This document shows positions 27,090 through 39,849 of a DNA stretch of 64,000 nt, piece after piece. The notes under the pieces are model-generated. The model was not told the origin of the DNA. It saw only the letters and a program-made list of their open reading frames with translations, and did no database searches. The stretch covers positions 124,001-188,000 of the forward strand of contig JAQGDQ010000342.1 of the NCBI GenBank assembly GCA_030141605.1, written 5' to 3'. The stretch comes from Tubiluchus corallicola (lineage: Eukaryota > Animalia > Priapulida). The position numbers were made by a program, and so were the translations under genes. Positions within the stretch are counted from its first letter, which is position 1, and each line of letters starts with the position of its first letter.

Positions 27090-27310
27090 ACAACCCATAC
27101 TGTAAACCCGCCATGTTGAAGAAGTTTTCTTTTCCTTTTTCCTGATTACGACTTTTACTTGCACAGGGAGCACTCGGCCAATAGCACATAAATTGAAGCC
27201 ACGTTGTTGCGATTCAGAGCGATTCAAAATTTCTGTCAGGCTCCTGTATAGTGTATATCCACGTCATAAAAAAAACTAGCCAAAAAAACTGCATCGTGTC
27301 ACGCTGTTGT
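27090..27310. promoter_or_regulatory. Probable FNBP4 promoter / first non-coding exon region
   Basis: YY1-like AACATGGCG on the minus strand (~27109-27118), CCAAT at ~27178, CCACGTCA at ~27259, and local CpG enrichment. The ATG-containing exon has its own acceptor at 25775/25776, so an upstream exon must exist. Confidence 0.45.
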
Positions 27311-28277
27311 TCTTTACCTGTACATTGATCGCCATAATTTCTCTAAAACAGTTCTACTACATGTATGATCCAATAATCAGCATTGAGTCTCACTAATGAG
27401 TAGAGCCATTAATACAAAATTGTTGTATAAGGATTTGGTATAGGAATTAGAGATGCAAAGTTTATTATATTGGACAATAATTGTTTATAACATTAAGAGA
27501 AAATGACGTTGAAGACACCCGTGCACCTTAAAGTATTAAGTTAGAGCAGTAATTGGAATGGAATTCCGTCATGCTTGCATCACATAATATAAAGAAGAGT
27601 GCATTTCATGAATAGGGAGTTGATTACCGATCTAAAGCTATATAGACGTGTGGTAACATAAGTCGGCAGTAGCAGGTCAAAGTTGAACATTCTTTTCAGT
27701 GAGCTATTACAAGGCTTGGAGCAAAATGAGACAAGCCAGCACCAGCGAGCAGTCCAAGGTGAATTACTTGTATGCAGTACTATTGCAGAGTCAATAATCA
27801 GCTCTCGTATGCAGAACGCTATAATTATAATAATATTATGACCATATAATTATACTGTGGTTAGATGTGTTAGACCTGTCTTATAATTATTCTTATAGAT
27901 GTATGTTCTCTGCTTTTACGTACGTTCTAACTGTTTTTCTATTTCTTTTTCTATTACAATTTTAATGAGTTTTGCATTCTTTCAGCATTTATATCTAAAT
28001 CATACATACTTTAGTTCTGCCCCTCCCCCATGCTTCTTTTCTCGTGTAACATACAGTTTCGTCGATACAGTCACCTAAGTTAACATGGCTCACTCTTTGT
28101 TTTTTCTGTGGAAGAAAAATACATTCGTACCTTTGATTTCATACCTATTCATACGCCATACATTCGTGTATTTTTTTATGATCTTTTGAGGTTGCATTTG
28201 CCTTGTATAAACGATATCTGCATAGCTTATGCTGGATACTTTGAAGAGTTGACAAGGCAAATCAAGGTTTGTTCCTA

Positions 28278-28968
28278 TTTGGGATGGCGATCCCACTGCA
28301 CATTTAGTGAAAGATGTAATGATGATATTAAGTAATGCACTAAACTTTAGCTTTAATATAAATGTTATTGGAGCTTTAGAAAGTGCAGAAACAGTGGCTG
28401 AAAAAGCTCAGGTAGATATGTTTGAACTGCTGACTATACACTGTTCCTGTCAATCTCGGATATTTAGTTGCTACTTCTATCTTAAAAAGCAGTCCACCTG
28501 ATACGGATTATGGAAAGCTGTGGAAGACAATGGAAAATAATGACAATGTACCCGTGGTGATGCTGCTACAGCATTAGATCTCATGGTTACAGGAAAGTAT
28601 ACATAATTTCGTGATGACATCTACGCAAAGTTGGATTTTATTACAGATCTCAAATTGCATGAAAAATGTCGATTTTCTGTGGCACCAGTTGCCACAACTC
28701 CAATGCCATTAACGTTAGCCGTTCCAAAAAGTACTCACGTAGAAGCCCTAAACTACGGCGTAGCTAAATTGCTGCAAAGTGGCATAATGAATCGGCTGTG
28801 AGAAGAAATGTTTCATCCAGCTCAGCAGTGTTTGGACACAACTCAAATTGTTGAAGCAGATGCACTTCCTGTAAAACACCTCAGTGCTGCCTTATGGAAT
28901 ATTTGGAATGAGTGCTGCACTCTTTACTTTTGAGTTCACTATCGTATAAAGCAGATCACAAATTGACA
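28278..28968 (+). pseudogene. Divergent ionotropic receptor pseudogene (copy 1)
   Basis: Nucleotide similarity to the S1 and S2/M4 parts of 30648-32078. An internal deletion at ~28440 removes M1-M3; it also has stops and frameshifts and no 5' end. Confidence 0.85.
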
Positions 28969-30647
28969 TATTAGTTGATGAACTCTTTCATAATTTGCAT
29001 TTTTAGCAGTTTAAGATAGAAATTTGGTTTTGCATAGAAAACTGGATGGTTGAAGTGATAGACTAACAACCAAAAATTTAGTTTGTTGTTTTGTTGCTAA
29101 GCCCTTTTTTTATTTTGTTTAGTACAGTATAGTGCACTGATAGGAATTCATTTTATCAACAGTTCAACAAAAAGCTGAACAAATCATCATTTATCAGTTG
29201 TTCAACAGGAACAATTCAGCGCATTCCCACAAACACACAGTCACATGCCTAAAAGACTGACTATTTAAATTACTTATGTACTAGTAGATTTTTGCATTTT
29301 ATGAGACTGGATTGTTTTAATGTTCAATAATAAAAGTGGAATGCTCCAAAATTAGCAAAAAAGAGTACAGGAAGTTTACTGTTCTACCTGATGACTCTAT
29401 TTTAACTAGACAGAACATTGAACATATTCGTTTTTTTTGTTACCGTGGATACACACGATCCTCTTTACCAAATAAAAATTGACAGTTTTGCAAGATCAAA
29501 AATATGTATCTTAGCCAATGTGCACACGTAAATTCCAAACAACAATTACTATTACTGTTTACTCGTCTTTTGTTACACTTTTACATGTAACAGCTCTGTG
29601 ACATACAATCAAACTTTTCTGAATTTATGAATGTAGGTATCACTACTAATATCTTGCACAGACAATCCCCATTTATCAATGTATATCGACCTACACTGAA
29701 ACATTATGTGCTGTAATATCATGCCAGAATGAACATTTCAGAACTTCTTTACAGAATCATGTTTAACGTAATGGTCACAATTTCTTTCTTCTCATCTAAA
29801 CAACATTTAACCCTTTTAACACAACAGTTTCATAGTCCTGCCTTTGAAAACTGTTGATTTTTATAAATCTTAAATTTTTTCATGTTCTCTGTTTTAATTT
29901 TATGTTCATTTTTGATAAGTAAATTAATTTCACTTTTTATGTACTTCTTCCGTTTAGACTATTTGACGGTATTTATATCAACTACATTTAGGTCAATTTT
30001 GTATTTAATCACATCTTTACTTCAGAATACCAACATTTATTAAAATAGTTACTTATTTGTACTCTTAAAACCTACGTACTAAAACTTTTATAATTTGAAT
30101 TCATTAATAAGTGACAGTACATTAATTTTTTTATATTTTATTTTACATGCCACAGGCCAAATCTGCGTTTCAGCTAACACTGGCCCAATATGGTCTATTG
30201 TTTTTTTTGGTACAAGATTTTTGATGGTTAGAGCAATGCCTCGGATATTTATAATCGTTAGTTATTGCAAATCGAAAAAGTTGCCTGGACATTGACTGAG
30301 CTTCTTTTTATAAGCAGACACTTGTTTCTAATAGACTATTGAAAGCAGTGTTTATTTAATGACACATACATGCTTATTGTCTTCTTCTGTCATTTTTATT
30401 TATCTTACTAGCACAAGCAATACGAGCTACAACAATTAACTATAATGGCAGCAAACAAAAATTGACTGATTGCTTTCAGGTTGTGACAGAGTTTGTATAG
30501 AGTCACACAGAAAACATGCCCAAGACAAAGAAGAAATATTTATTTACTACTGTTGAAAGAGCATAATATTAATTAGCAAACAGCCTGTGTGACAGGCCTT
30601 TAAGCTTAGCATTTGCAGTCAAGACAAAAGCAAAATATAGTGATCAC

Positions 30648-32078
30648 ATGGGACTGAGAACCACAGACAAAATGATTTCCAAACAGACGCTGCTGTTCCT
30701 TGTTTGTATTTTTACTCTTCAGTTTCTGGACATATTTTGCATCAGTGAGCGCAAAATCAAACTGGACAAAAAGCGAAAAATCATTCCGATTAAGAACTTC
30801 AGAAACCAAAAGGACGGCATTCAAAAAGAATATGTGGCGTTTTATGAAAACAAACAGGATACACAGGACTACTCACTTAAAGGCGCTCAACTTGCAGTGG
30901 GGATTTGGGACGATGATCCCACTGCACAATTTACAATTGATGTGGTAAAGTTACTGAGTAATGCATTAAACTTTAGCTTTAACATAAAGACCATAGAAGC
31001 TTTGGAAATTCCAGAAACTGTGGCTGAAAAAGCTGAGGTTGACATGTTTGGACTGTTGACAGTACTCCGAGAAAGAACGGAATACATGACTTTTCTACAT
31101 CCAGTCGCATATACGTCACAAGTGTTCGTTACAAAGAGGAATAAGTTACATGGATTTAACTTAACAGATCCCTTCAGCACCCACGTTTGGTTGCTTCTGA
31201 TAACATTTGGGCTATTGGCTGGGCCAATATTATACTGTTTTGATTGTCAAACAAAGACAATATGCAATGAAAATGATTTCAGGCAAATAAACAGCAAGCC
31301 TACTAAAACAGGCATAACATACTACATTCAATATATCCTAGCCTCATTTCTGCAGCAAGGTGGAACTTACTTACCTCATCGCTGGGCGGCTCAGGTTATT
31401 TCTGGATGTTGGTGGTTATTTGTTATTATTTTAATAGCCATGTACACAGGAACATTGGTCAGTAAGCTATTTGTAAGCAACCAACACCACGTATTCTCAT
31501 CTTTGCAAGAAGTAGTAGACAGTGACATTGTTCCTGTAACTTTTGGAGACTTTGCTGCTACTTCTATCTTAAAAAACAGCCCACCTGATACAGATTATAG
31601 CAAGCTGTGGAAGAAAATGGAAATTGACAAGAATGTACCTGTGGATCATCTAGCAACAGCATTACGTCTCACGGCTACAGGACGGTATACACACTTTCGT
31701 AGTGGAATCTACGCAAAGTTAGACCTTGTCCATGATTTCAATTTACATCGAAAATGTAGATTTTCTATAGCACCAGTCACCACATTACCACTACAAATCT
31801 CCTTTGCAGTACCAAGAGAAAGTAATTTCACAGAAGCATTGAACCACGGCATTGCTAAATTACTGCAAAGTGATATGATAGCAGGGAAACTGGAGAACAT
31901 GCTACATCTGTCAGAACAGTGTTTGGACACGCCCATTCAAACTGTAGAAGCAGAAGCAATTACTGTAGAACAGCTTAGTGCTGTATTCGGGGTAATTCTT
32001 TTTGGAATGAGCATTGCACTTTTTACTTTCATACTAGAATCACTTTACTATCGACTCAAGCATTACACAAATCCGTAG
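30648..32078 (+). CDS. Intronless divergent ionotropic (glutamate-receptor-like) chemoreceptor, copy 2, intact
   Basis: 476-aa ORF (paralogous ATG at 30672). N-terminal hydrophobic segment, no ATD, S1 LTVLRERTEYMTFLHP, pre-M1 PFSTHVWL, pore LASFLQQG, M3 WWLFVIILIAMYTGTLVSKL, S2 and M4. Confidence 0.88.
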   Translation: MGLRTTDKMISKQTLLFLVCIFTLQFLDIFCISERKIKLDKKRKIIPIKNFRNQKDGIQKEYVAFYENKQDTQDYSLKGAQLAVGIWDDDPTAQFTIDVVKLLSNALNFSFNIKTIEALEIPETVAEKAEVDMFGLLTVLRERTEYMTFLHPVAYTSQVFVTKRNKLHGFNLTDPFSTHVWLLLITFGLLAGPILYCFDCQTKTICNENDFRQINSKPTKTGITYYIQYILASFLQQGGTYLPHRWAAQVISGCWWLFVIILIAMYTGTLVSKLFVSNQHHVFSSLQEVVDSDIVPVTFGDFAATSILKNSPPDTDYSKLWKKMEIDKNVPVDHLATALRLTATGRYTHFRSGIYAKLDLVHDFNLHRKCRFSIAPVTTLPLQISFAVPRESNFTEALNHGIAKLLQSDMIAGKLENMLHLSEQCLDTPIQTVEAEAITVEQLSAVFGVILFGMSIALFTFILESLYYRLKHYTNP

Positions 32079-33101
32079 TTTAAGTTATAAATAAACTGAA
32101 TAGTAAGTTTCACCTTCCTATTTAATTGGCATGGTGAATGTGAGCTGCAAGGAGAATTGAGCCTTATTCTACCATATGTGCTTCTAGCTCAATGTGGTTA
32201 GGGCTTTTTACGTTGTGTTATTTTGCTATTATTTCTAATCATCAGGCTATTTATGTCGTTAGGAGTTATTACTGTTTTAGCTTGACAAAGATACGAACCA
32301 GTTGTATAGACATGATAGCACCTCTCTACTCTGTGCAACGACAGATTATAACAAGTAGTCTATTTCAACACTTATGTATCTACTTTATTGTGGTTAAAAT
32401 ATGAATAATAATCAGCTACATAATCATGTTTTCTGCATTTTGTTTATGCGTGTGTTCAGGGGAATATCAGTATTTTCACTAACTTATGACCGTGACTTAT
32501 GTTCACCCTAAACTTAATCTATGCAAAATGCCACCTTTCTATATTTCACAAGACATTTAGTTAGTTCCCATGCTCCATAACAAGACTGGGATGCACCTAG
32601 ACCAGAGGAAGTTAATGTCAGCAGATGTTATTTTTCTTCCTTGGCTCAAACACCACACAACTAATTATTGTAGTTGACTGACACTGAAGGAACTTATTGT
32701 TCTAAAATGAAAAAAGCTGCTTTTACATTAATGTTTTTAATGTTTCCTTTATTGGCATGCATGCCTTTACTAGAATTTTGTTGTGGCGGTGATGTCATTT
32801 TATACATTTCTGTCATTTTATTAGCATTTCGTGCATGAAAGACATGAGCGAGAACAATAAAACATAAAGGTTGGTAAACAAATGCATCCTATAATTTCAA
32901 TTTGTAACAAAGAGGTATTTGTATTAACAAACAAAAACCAAGACAAAAGTGATATCAAGCTACTAATAACAATGTAAATCTGCAATTTTTAGTAGACATT
33001 AACAACAGTAATGTCAGAACAGGAAAGACAAAAGCAAACTAGAGCAAGACAAATGCCTTTAGTTCTGAACACAAGTGCAAGTAATCCAGAGTTACAGTGA
33101 A

Positions 33102-33620
33102 ATGGTATTCAGACAGACACTGTTCTTTCTTGCTTGCATCATTACTCTTCAGTTTTTGGAAATATTTTGCATCAGTGAGTGCAAAACCAAACTGGACAAA
33201 ACGCGAAAAGTCATTCAGGTCAAGCACCTGAGGAATAAAAAGGGCAGCATTCAAAAAGGATATGTGGTACTTCATGAAAACAGATGGGACACACAGGACT
33301 ACTCACTTAAAGGTGCTCAACTTGCAGTCGGGATCTGGGACGGCGATCCCACTGCACATTTTACAATTGATGTGGTAAAGTTACTAAGTAATGTATTAAA
33401 CTTCAGCTTTAACGTAAAGGTCATTGAAACTATGGAAAGTCCAGAAACTGAGGCTGAAAAGGTTGATTTAGACATATTTGGACTGGGGACTGTACTTCGC
33501 AAAAGAATGAAATACATGTCTTTTCTACATCCAGTCACATATTCGCCACAAGTGTTCATTACAAAGCAGAATAAGCTGCAAGGATGTGTTCAGTTGACTA
33601 TCAGTACTTTTGCCTACTAA
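33102..33620 (+). pseudogene. 3'-truncated IR copy 3 (signal region plus S1 only)
   Basis: Open frame homologous to copy 2 up to ...FITKQNKLQG (~33586), then fused to intergenic sequence similar to 32451 onward; no TM domains. Confidence 0.8.
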
Positions 33621-34252
33621 AGCATTCATTAAAAGACATGACTTATGTTCATCCTATACTTAATCTAAGCAAAATGCCCTCTTTTTGTATTCCGTGCAAC
33701 AGATTTAGTTCCTATGCTCTCCAACAAGACTGGGATGCTCCAAGACTTGAGCAATTTAATGTGCCAGACGTTATTTTTCTTTTTTGGTATAAACACCACA
33801 CAGCTTATTATTGGAGTCGTCTGATAATGAAAGAAATTATTGATCTAATATGAAAAAAGTAGCTTTTATGTTAACGTTTCCTTTATTAGAAGACAGGCTT
33901 TTTGTAAACTTTTGTTGTAGCATTGTTTACTTAATAACATTTGCATGCCGTTTTTATACGTTTCTGCCATTTTGCTGGCTTGTGTGCAAGAAAGAAGCGA
34001 ATGAGAACAATAAGCCATAAAGGTTAGTAAACAAATTTGACCCATAATTTTGAATTCGTGACAAAGATTTGTTTGTAGTTGCAAAGGAAAACAAAGACAA
34101 AAATGACAGATAGCTACTATTGACAATATTAATCGATGAATTTGAATCAATATTAACCACTATAACGTCCGAACAGGAAAGACAAAAGCAAACGAGAGAA
34201 GCAAATGTCTGTCGTCATGAACACGAGTGCAATAATCCACACTTACCGTGAA

Positions 34253-34795
34253 ATGGTCTTCACACAGACACTGTTCTTTCTTGTTTTCATTCTTATACTT
34301 CAATTTCTGTAAACATTTTCCATCAGGGTCTGCACAAGCAAACTGGAGCAAAAGCGAAAAGGCATTCAGGTTAAACACCTCACAAATAAAAAGGACAGTA
34401 TTCAAAAAGAAAACGAGGCACTTCTTGAAAACAATAAGGATGAACAGGACAATTCGCTTAAAGGTGGTCACTTTGCACTGGGGACATGGATGGCAATCCT
34501 GCAGCACATTTAATGAAAGATGTCATGATGATATTAAGTGATGCACTAAATTTTAGCTTTAATGTAAAGATCATTGGAGCTTTAGAAAGTGCAGAAATGG
34601 TGGCTGAAAGGGCTAAGTAGACATATTTGGACTGCTGACTATACTTCGCAAAGGAATGGAATACATGACTTTTCTACATCCAATTGCACGTTCTCATATG
34701 TTCATTACAAAACGGAACAAGTTACATGCATTCAACTTAACAGACTCTTTCAGCACTCTCGTCTGGTCATTCTTGATAAAATACGGCCTTTTGAT
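34253..34795 (+). pseudogene. Frameshifted, truncated IR copy 4
   Basis: Homologous from the ATG to M1 with several frameshifts, then joins sequence similar to 30123 onward. Confidence 0.85.
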
Positions 34796-35149
34796 AAAAA
34801 TGCATGAATTTTTTATATTCTGTTTTACATATCACAGGCCAAATCTGCCTTTCAGCTAACACTGCCCCAATATGGCGTATTGCTTTTTTGGTACAAGATT
34901 TTTATGGCAAGTCTCTTTGAATACTTTCTACCATATCCACTTCTGTTTGAGTGAGGCTAGTCCAAGTCTCACTATTATTTATTATAGATAGAACAACTGC
35001 ATTTTCGTATAACACTAAACGTGCTGCTGTTACAGAATGGCAAACTTTTGTTTTACTATAAAATAGCCAACACCTCAGTTATTATAAATTTTATTTTCTC
35101 TTCCTTTTTTCAAACATCAGATGATAATTGCTTTTAGCGTTAAAGCAAT

Positions 35150-35404
35150 GCCCCGGATATTTATAGTCGTTAGTTATTGGAAATCGGAAAACTTCCCTGG
35201 ATGTTGACACGTCTTTTTATTAGCAGAAACCTGTTTCTAATAGACTTTTGAAAGCAGTGCTTATTTAGTGACACTCCCCCAGATATTTTCATTCATTAGC
35301 TATTGGAAATCGGAAACATTGCCTGGATGTTGACACCTCTTTTTATTAGCAGAAACTTGTTTCTAATAGACTTTTGAAAGCAGTGCTTATTTAATAACAC
35401 TCGC
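35150..35404. repeat. Two-copy ~127-bp tandem duplication upstream of IR copy 5
   Basis: tattggaaatcggaaa...ggatgttgacac...ttagcagaaa...ctaatagacttttgaaagcagtgcttattta occurs twice here and once in the paralogous region ~30245-30365. Confidence 0.85.
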
Positions 35405-35708
35405 ATGCTCATTGTCTGCTTCTGCCACCTTTATTTATCTTGCAAGCATAGCAAACACTGGAGACAACAATGAACTATAATGGCGGCAGCTCGCGACAAA
35501 ATTTATTTGGGTTGCATGGAAATGCTCCAAGAGAAAGAACAAATACTTACGTCTACTACTGATGAAAGATCATAATATTGGTCAGCAATTGGCCTGTATG
35601 ATGGGCATTTAAGCTTTGTGTTTGCAGTCAAAACAAGAGCAAAATGTAATGACATTTGAAGGGTTTCAGTGGTGTTCATGATCACAAGTAATACAGAACC
35701 GTAGAGAA

Positions 35709-37103
35709 ATGATTTCCAGACAGATACTGCTGTTTCTTGTTTGCGTCATTACGTTTCAGTGTTTGGAAGCATTTTCCATCAGTGAGTGTGAAACCAAACT
35801 TAACAAAAAACGAAAAATCATTCAAAAAGAATATGTGGTCCATTACGAAAACAAACAGAATGCACAGGACTACTCGCTTAATGGAGGTCAACTTGAAGTG
35901 GGGATTTGGGATGGCGACCCCGCTGCACATTTTGTGAAAGATGTAATGATGTTATTAAGTAATGAATTAAACTTTAGCTTTAACATGAAGGTCATTGAAG
36001 CTTTGGAAATTCCAGAAACGGTGGCTGAAAAGGCTGAGGTGGACATATTTGGACTGCTGACACCACTCAGAGAAAGAACGAAATACATGACTTTTCTACA
36101 TCCAATTGCATATTCGCCTCAAGTGTTCGTTACAAAGCGGAATAAGTTACATGGATGTAACTTAATAGACCCTTTCAGTACCCCGGTCTGGTTACTTCTG
36201 ATAACATTCGGGCTTTTGGCTGGGCCAATATTATACTGTTTTGATTGCCAAACAAAGACGATATGCAATGAAAATGATTTCAGTCAAATAAACAGCAGGC
36301 CTACTAAAACAGGCATAACATACTACATTCAATATATCCTAGCCTCACTTCTGCAGCAAGGTGGAACTTACTTTCCTCAGCGTTGGGCAGCTCAGGTTTT
36401 TACTGGATGTTGGTGGCTATTTGTTATTATTTTAATTACCATGTACACAGGAACATTGGTCAGTGAGCTATTTGTAAGCAAACAACACCATGTATTCACA
36501 TCTTTGCAAGAAGTAGTAGACAGTGACATTGTTCCTGTAACTATTGGAGACTTTGCTGCTACTTCTATCTTAAAAAACAGTCCACCTGATACAGATTACA
36601 ACAAGCTGTGGAAGAAAATGGAAAATGACGACAATGTTCCCGCGGATGATGTAGCAACAGCATTAGATCTCACGGCTACAGGACGGTATACATATTTTCG
36701 TGATGAAATCTATACAAGGTTGAATTTAATTAAAGATTTCAAATTATATGAAAAATGTAGGTTTTCTATAGCACCTGTAGCCCCGGCTCCAAATCAACTG
36801 TCATTTGCAGTCCCACGAAAAAGCAATTATACAGACGTCCTAAACTACGGCATCGCTAAATTACTGCAAAGAGGTTTAATAAATCCCCTTTTAGAGGAGC
36901 TGCTTCATCCTACACAACATTGTTTGGACACACCCAGTCAAACTGTTGGAGCACAAGCAATTCCTGTAAAACAGCTTAATGCTGCATTCTGGGTAATGCT
37001 GTTTGGAATGAGTGCTGCAGTCTTTACTTTCATAATGGAATCAGTTCATCATCGTGTAAAGCAGTTCATAGATTCACGTATTAGTTTACAAACTGCTCTA
37101 TAA
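35709..37103 (+). CDS. Intronless divergent ionotropic receptor, copy 5, intact
   Basis: 464-aa ORF, paralogue of 30648-32078, with the same S1-M1-P-M3-S2-M4 layout (LASLLQQG; WWLFVIILITMYTGTLVSEL). Confidence 0.88.
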   Translation: MISRQILLFLVCVITFQCLEAFSISECETKLNKKRKIIQKEYVVHYENKQNAQDYSLNGGQLEVGIWDGDPAAHFVKDVMMLLSNELNFSFNMKVIEALEIPETVAEKAEVDIFGLLTPLRERTKYMTFLHPIAYSPQVFVTKRNKLHGCNLIDPFSTPVWLLLITFGLLAGPILYCFDCQTKTICNENDFSQINSRPTKTGITYYIQYILASLLQQGGTYFPQRWAAQVFTGCWWLFVIILITMYTGTLVSELFVSKQHHVFTSLQEVVDSDIVPVTIGDFAATSILKNSPPDTDYNKLWKKMENDDNVPADDVATALDLTATGRYTYFRDEIYTRLNLIKDFKLYEKCRFSIAPVAPAPNQLSFAVPRKSNYTDVLNYGIAKLLQRGLINPLLEELLHPTQHCLDTPSQTVGAQAIPVKQLNAAFWVMLFGMSAAVFTFIMESVHHRVKQFIDSRISLQTAL

Positions 37104-39849
37104 TTTTCGTTTTCCTTTACTGTTCTTTTCACAGCCATTATTAACAAAACTGGACGTGATAAACTAATAACACCCCTTATTTTGTAACTTTTGTCAAAAA
37201 TACGCAAAAAAGTAGTTTATAGTTTCACGAAAGTAACAAAAAGTTTCTGAGTTTTCTCTGTAGTTCAGTCTTACGTAATGCAGTATGCCGAATGATTTTA
37301 TTCAAATTTTGATTGGAAACCTAACTTAGGAATTCTTTTCATTTTACTGACTTAGAGATGTTAGTGAAAGTGCGAAATAATTCTGGCGATTGTTAGAAAA
37401 TTTTTAAAATGCTCAGCATTCCTATTTGTTCAACTGGAACAATTTGATGTGTTCCAGAAAAGTTCACAGTAACATTCCTATAAATTTAGATGCTCTAATA
37501 TATTATTTATATATTTGTTGATTAATTCTGTTATTTGTAGCAATTAGTTTCCTCTAACTTTAACTATGTGGTCTTTTTCTTTTCACTAAATCATTTACAT
37601 ACACACTAGTTAGGCCCCAATGAAAACACTTTGCACAAAATTAATGTTAAATGGATACTAGCACTTATTAATGTTATCCATAATACTCACAAGTTCCACA
37701 TAGTATCGTTAGACAAAATAGTTTTAGTCTGTTACGTGTACTGTTTCAACTAAGTACTACAATTTGTCTAAGTTACATTTGGTCTGTTAATGACTGTATA
37801 CCGAAGGTAATACCTAAACAAAATATGTTTATGGAAGAGAATTCCACATCATGTATATTTGTTAAATAAATAATAAAAAGTTAAAGATATGAACTGGCTT
37901 GATACTATAGCAAATGTAAGTGATAAGCTGATCATAAAAGTGAATATACCCTTAATTCAAAGTCCGGCTGTTATTCAATGCTGTTCTTCATAACATTAAT
38001 ATTAAATACATAATGGTTAAATTATTATTTAAACATAGTCATGTGTGTCTCTTTTTTCCCATTATTGTAATATTATTGTATGTTGTATAGATTTATAAAT
38101 CTCTTAGTTATGTATTTTGCTATTTTAAAAATGGTGATAAACTAATAAACTTACTTACTTACTTACTGTTTACAATAAATATTGTCATGATTGATATAAC
38201 TGTTGCCTTTGGTTGACATCTGGAATAAAGTTAGTATCATACAGCCTGTGTGACTACGTAGCATGTTTTTAACCCATAAAATCCAATGAGAAAATCCGTA
38301 ACAAGACTGAAATGTTCTCAAACTACTAAAATTTAATACACTAACTGTACTTTTTGTTTCTTAGTCAAAAGGAATACAGTAACGAAAGAACTTACTTTTT
38401 TACTTTTTCCAACTAGAAGAAATCGGTTATTTATTCAGAATATCTGCTAGTAAAATATGGAAACATTTCCTTTATTGGCAGATGCACTTTATTGTAGTGG
38501 AACTTTGCAAGCAATGTGATGCTCATAACATTCGAGTGTTTTTATTTGCCATACAACAGCACGTGTATAAAAAGCATCAATGACAACAATAAACGCATAG
38601 AGAGCAACGCACACACATTTCGTATATTACTTTCTATTCGTGAAAAAGATTTTTGTTTGTTGCATAAATAGAGATGAGCAAATAGAAGCAATTTTACCTA
38701 CTACTGACAAATAAGGAAAATAATATTAAATACACAGCCCAGATGAGAGTAGTACTTAGAGAGCCAGTACTGACTCGCCAAAAACATGCTCTTGATCTTA
38801 CTGACAAGATACAGTGCTTTTATACTTTTGCTCAGTTAGTGAAGTGTACACGATGAATGCTCTGGTTGTTATTTCAATTTTACACAATGTTATTTAAACT
38901 TATTTTAAATGATTTAAAATTAAAATGGCTACACCAAGTGGTCATCACGAAAGTTTAAATTTACAAGCTTTTGTACAGCATTACTGTTAACGCAAGCTCT
39001 GTATGCAATAAGACAGCAGGCAGACTCCTGTGACTGTTGAAAGGGCACTGGTCGAGAGACGAGACAATATCTATGGACGAAACCGCAATTAAAATGTTTT
39101 CCCGTTGTTTCCAAAAAATAAAGATAATCCATATTACTTACTCTCTATGTGCTGAAAGTTTTGTTTGAGTTCAGTTTCGTGGCTTTTAAGTTTTATGGTA
39201 AATTTTGTTATGTGACGTAGTTTAGATTTCTGGATACAGGTTTATTGTTGAGGTAATGTTTGCTGTTGAGGATCAGATATATCTTACTCCGTGTAGGTCA
39301 ATTGACGGAGGCGGTAATAAATTTCTTATATTGGCTTATCCAAATTCAGGCAGCTACGCTTTGCTTCATGTTTTTAGTTTTTCTAAAAAAGTGAAATTAT
39401 GAAATTTCAGGCATTAGCAATTACAAATTTCCAGGCGTTAGCATTTCATTAATTAATTAACAGTAATCATGGAGAAGATCTTCAGTTCGTTGTTTTTCAC
39501 CACTTTGGCTAATCCTTTTACTGGTACTGCTAGTACTACTAGTACCACTAATTACAAGTCCTTGAAATTACTAACAAGCTTCAGCCAGTCTCCAAATAAT
39601 GGTGTACCCGTAACTTGGTAGCAGAAATGTATTGCAAAAATATTGTTTTTGTTTAGATTGGGAAAGAAATTCCTCGAGAAAAAGATATAAATTTTTGAAA
39701 GTTACGCCGGGGAAAATGTTCTTGCATTTTTGTACTAACGGAGCTTATTTCATTGGACAAAATTTACTGTTGAAGTAAGAGGCTTTTTCATCATATATCC
39801 AAACCTATGGTCCATCCGCAGTGCAGTACAGGGACAATGTGTAGATGAG

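Noticed and set aside
27700-27768. Plus-strand exon-like segment (ttttcag|...caag|gtgaat) upstream of the IR array
   Set aside because: Splice-like signals only; no coding similarity or other support.
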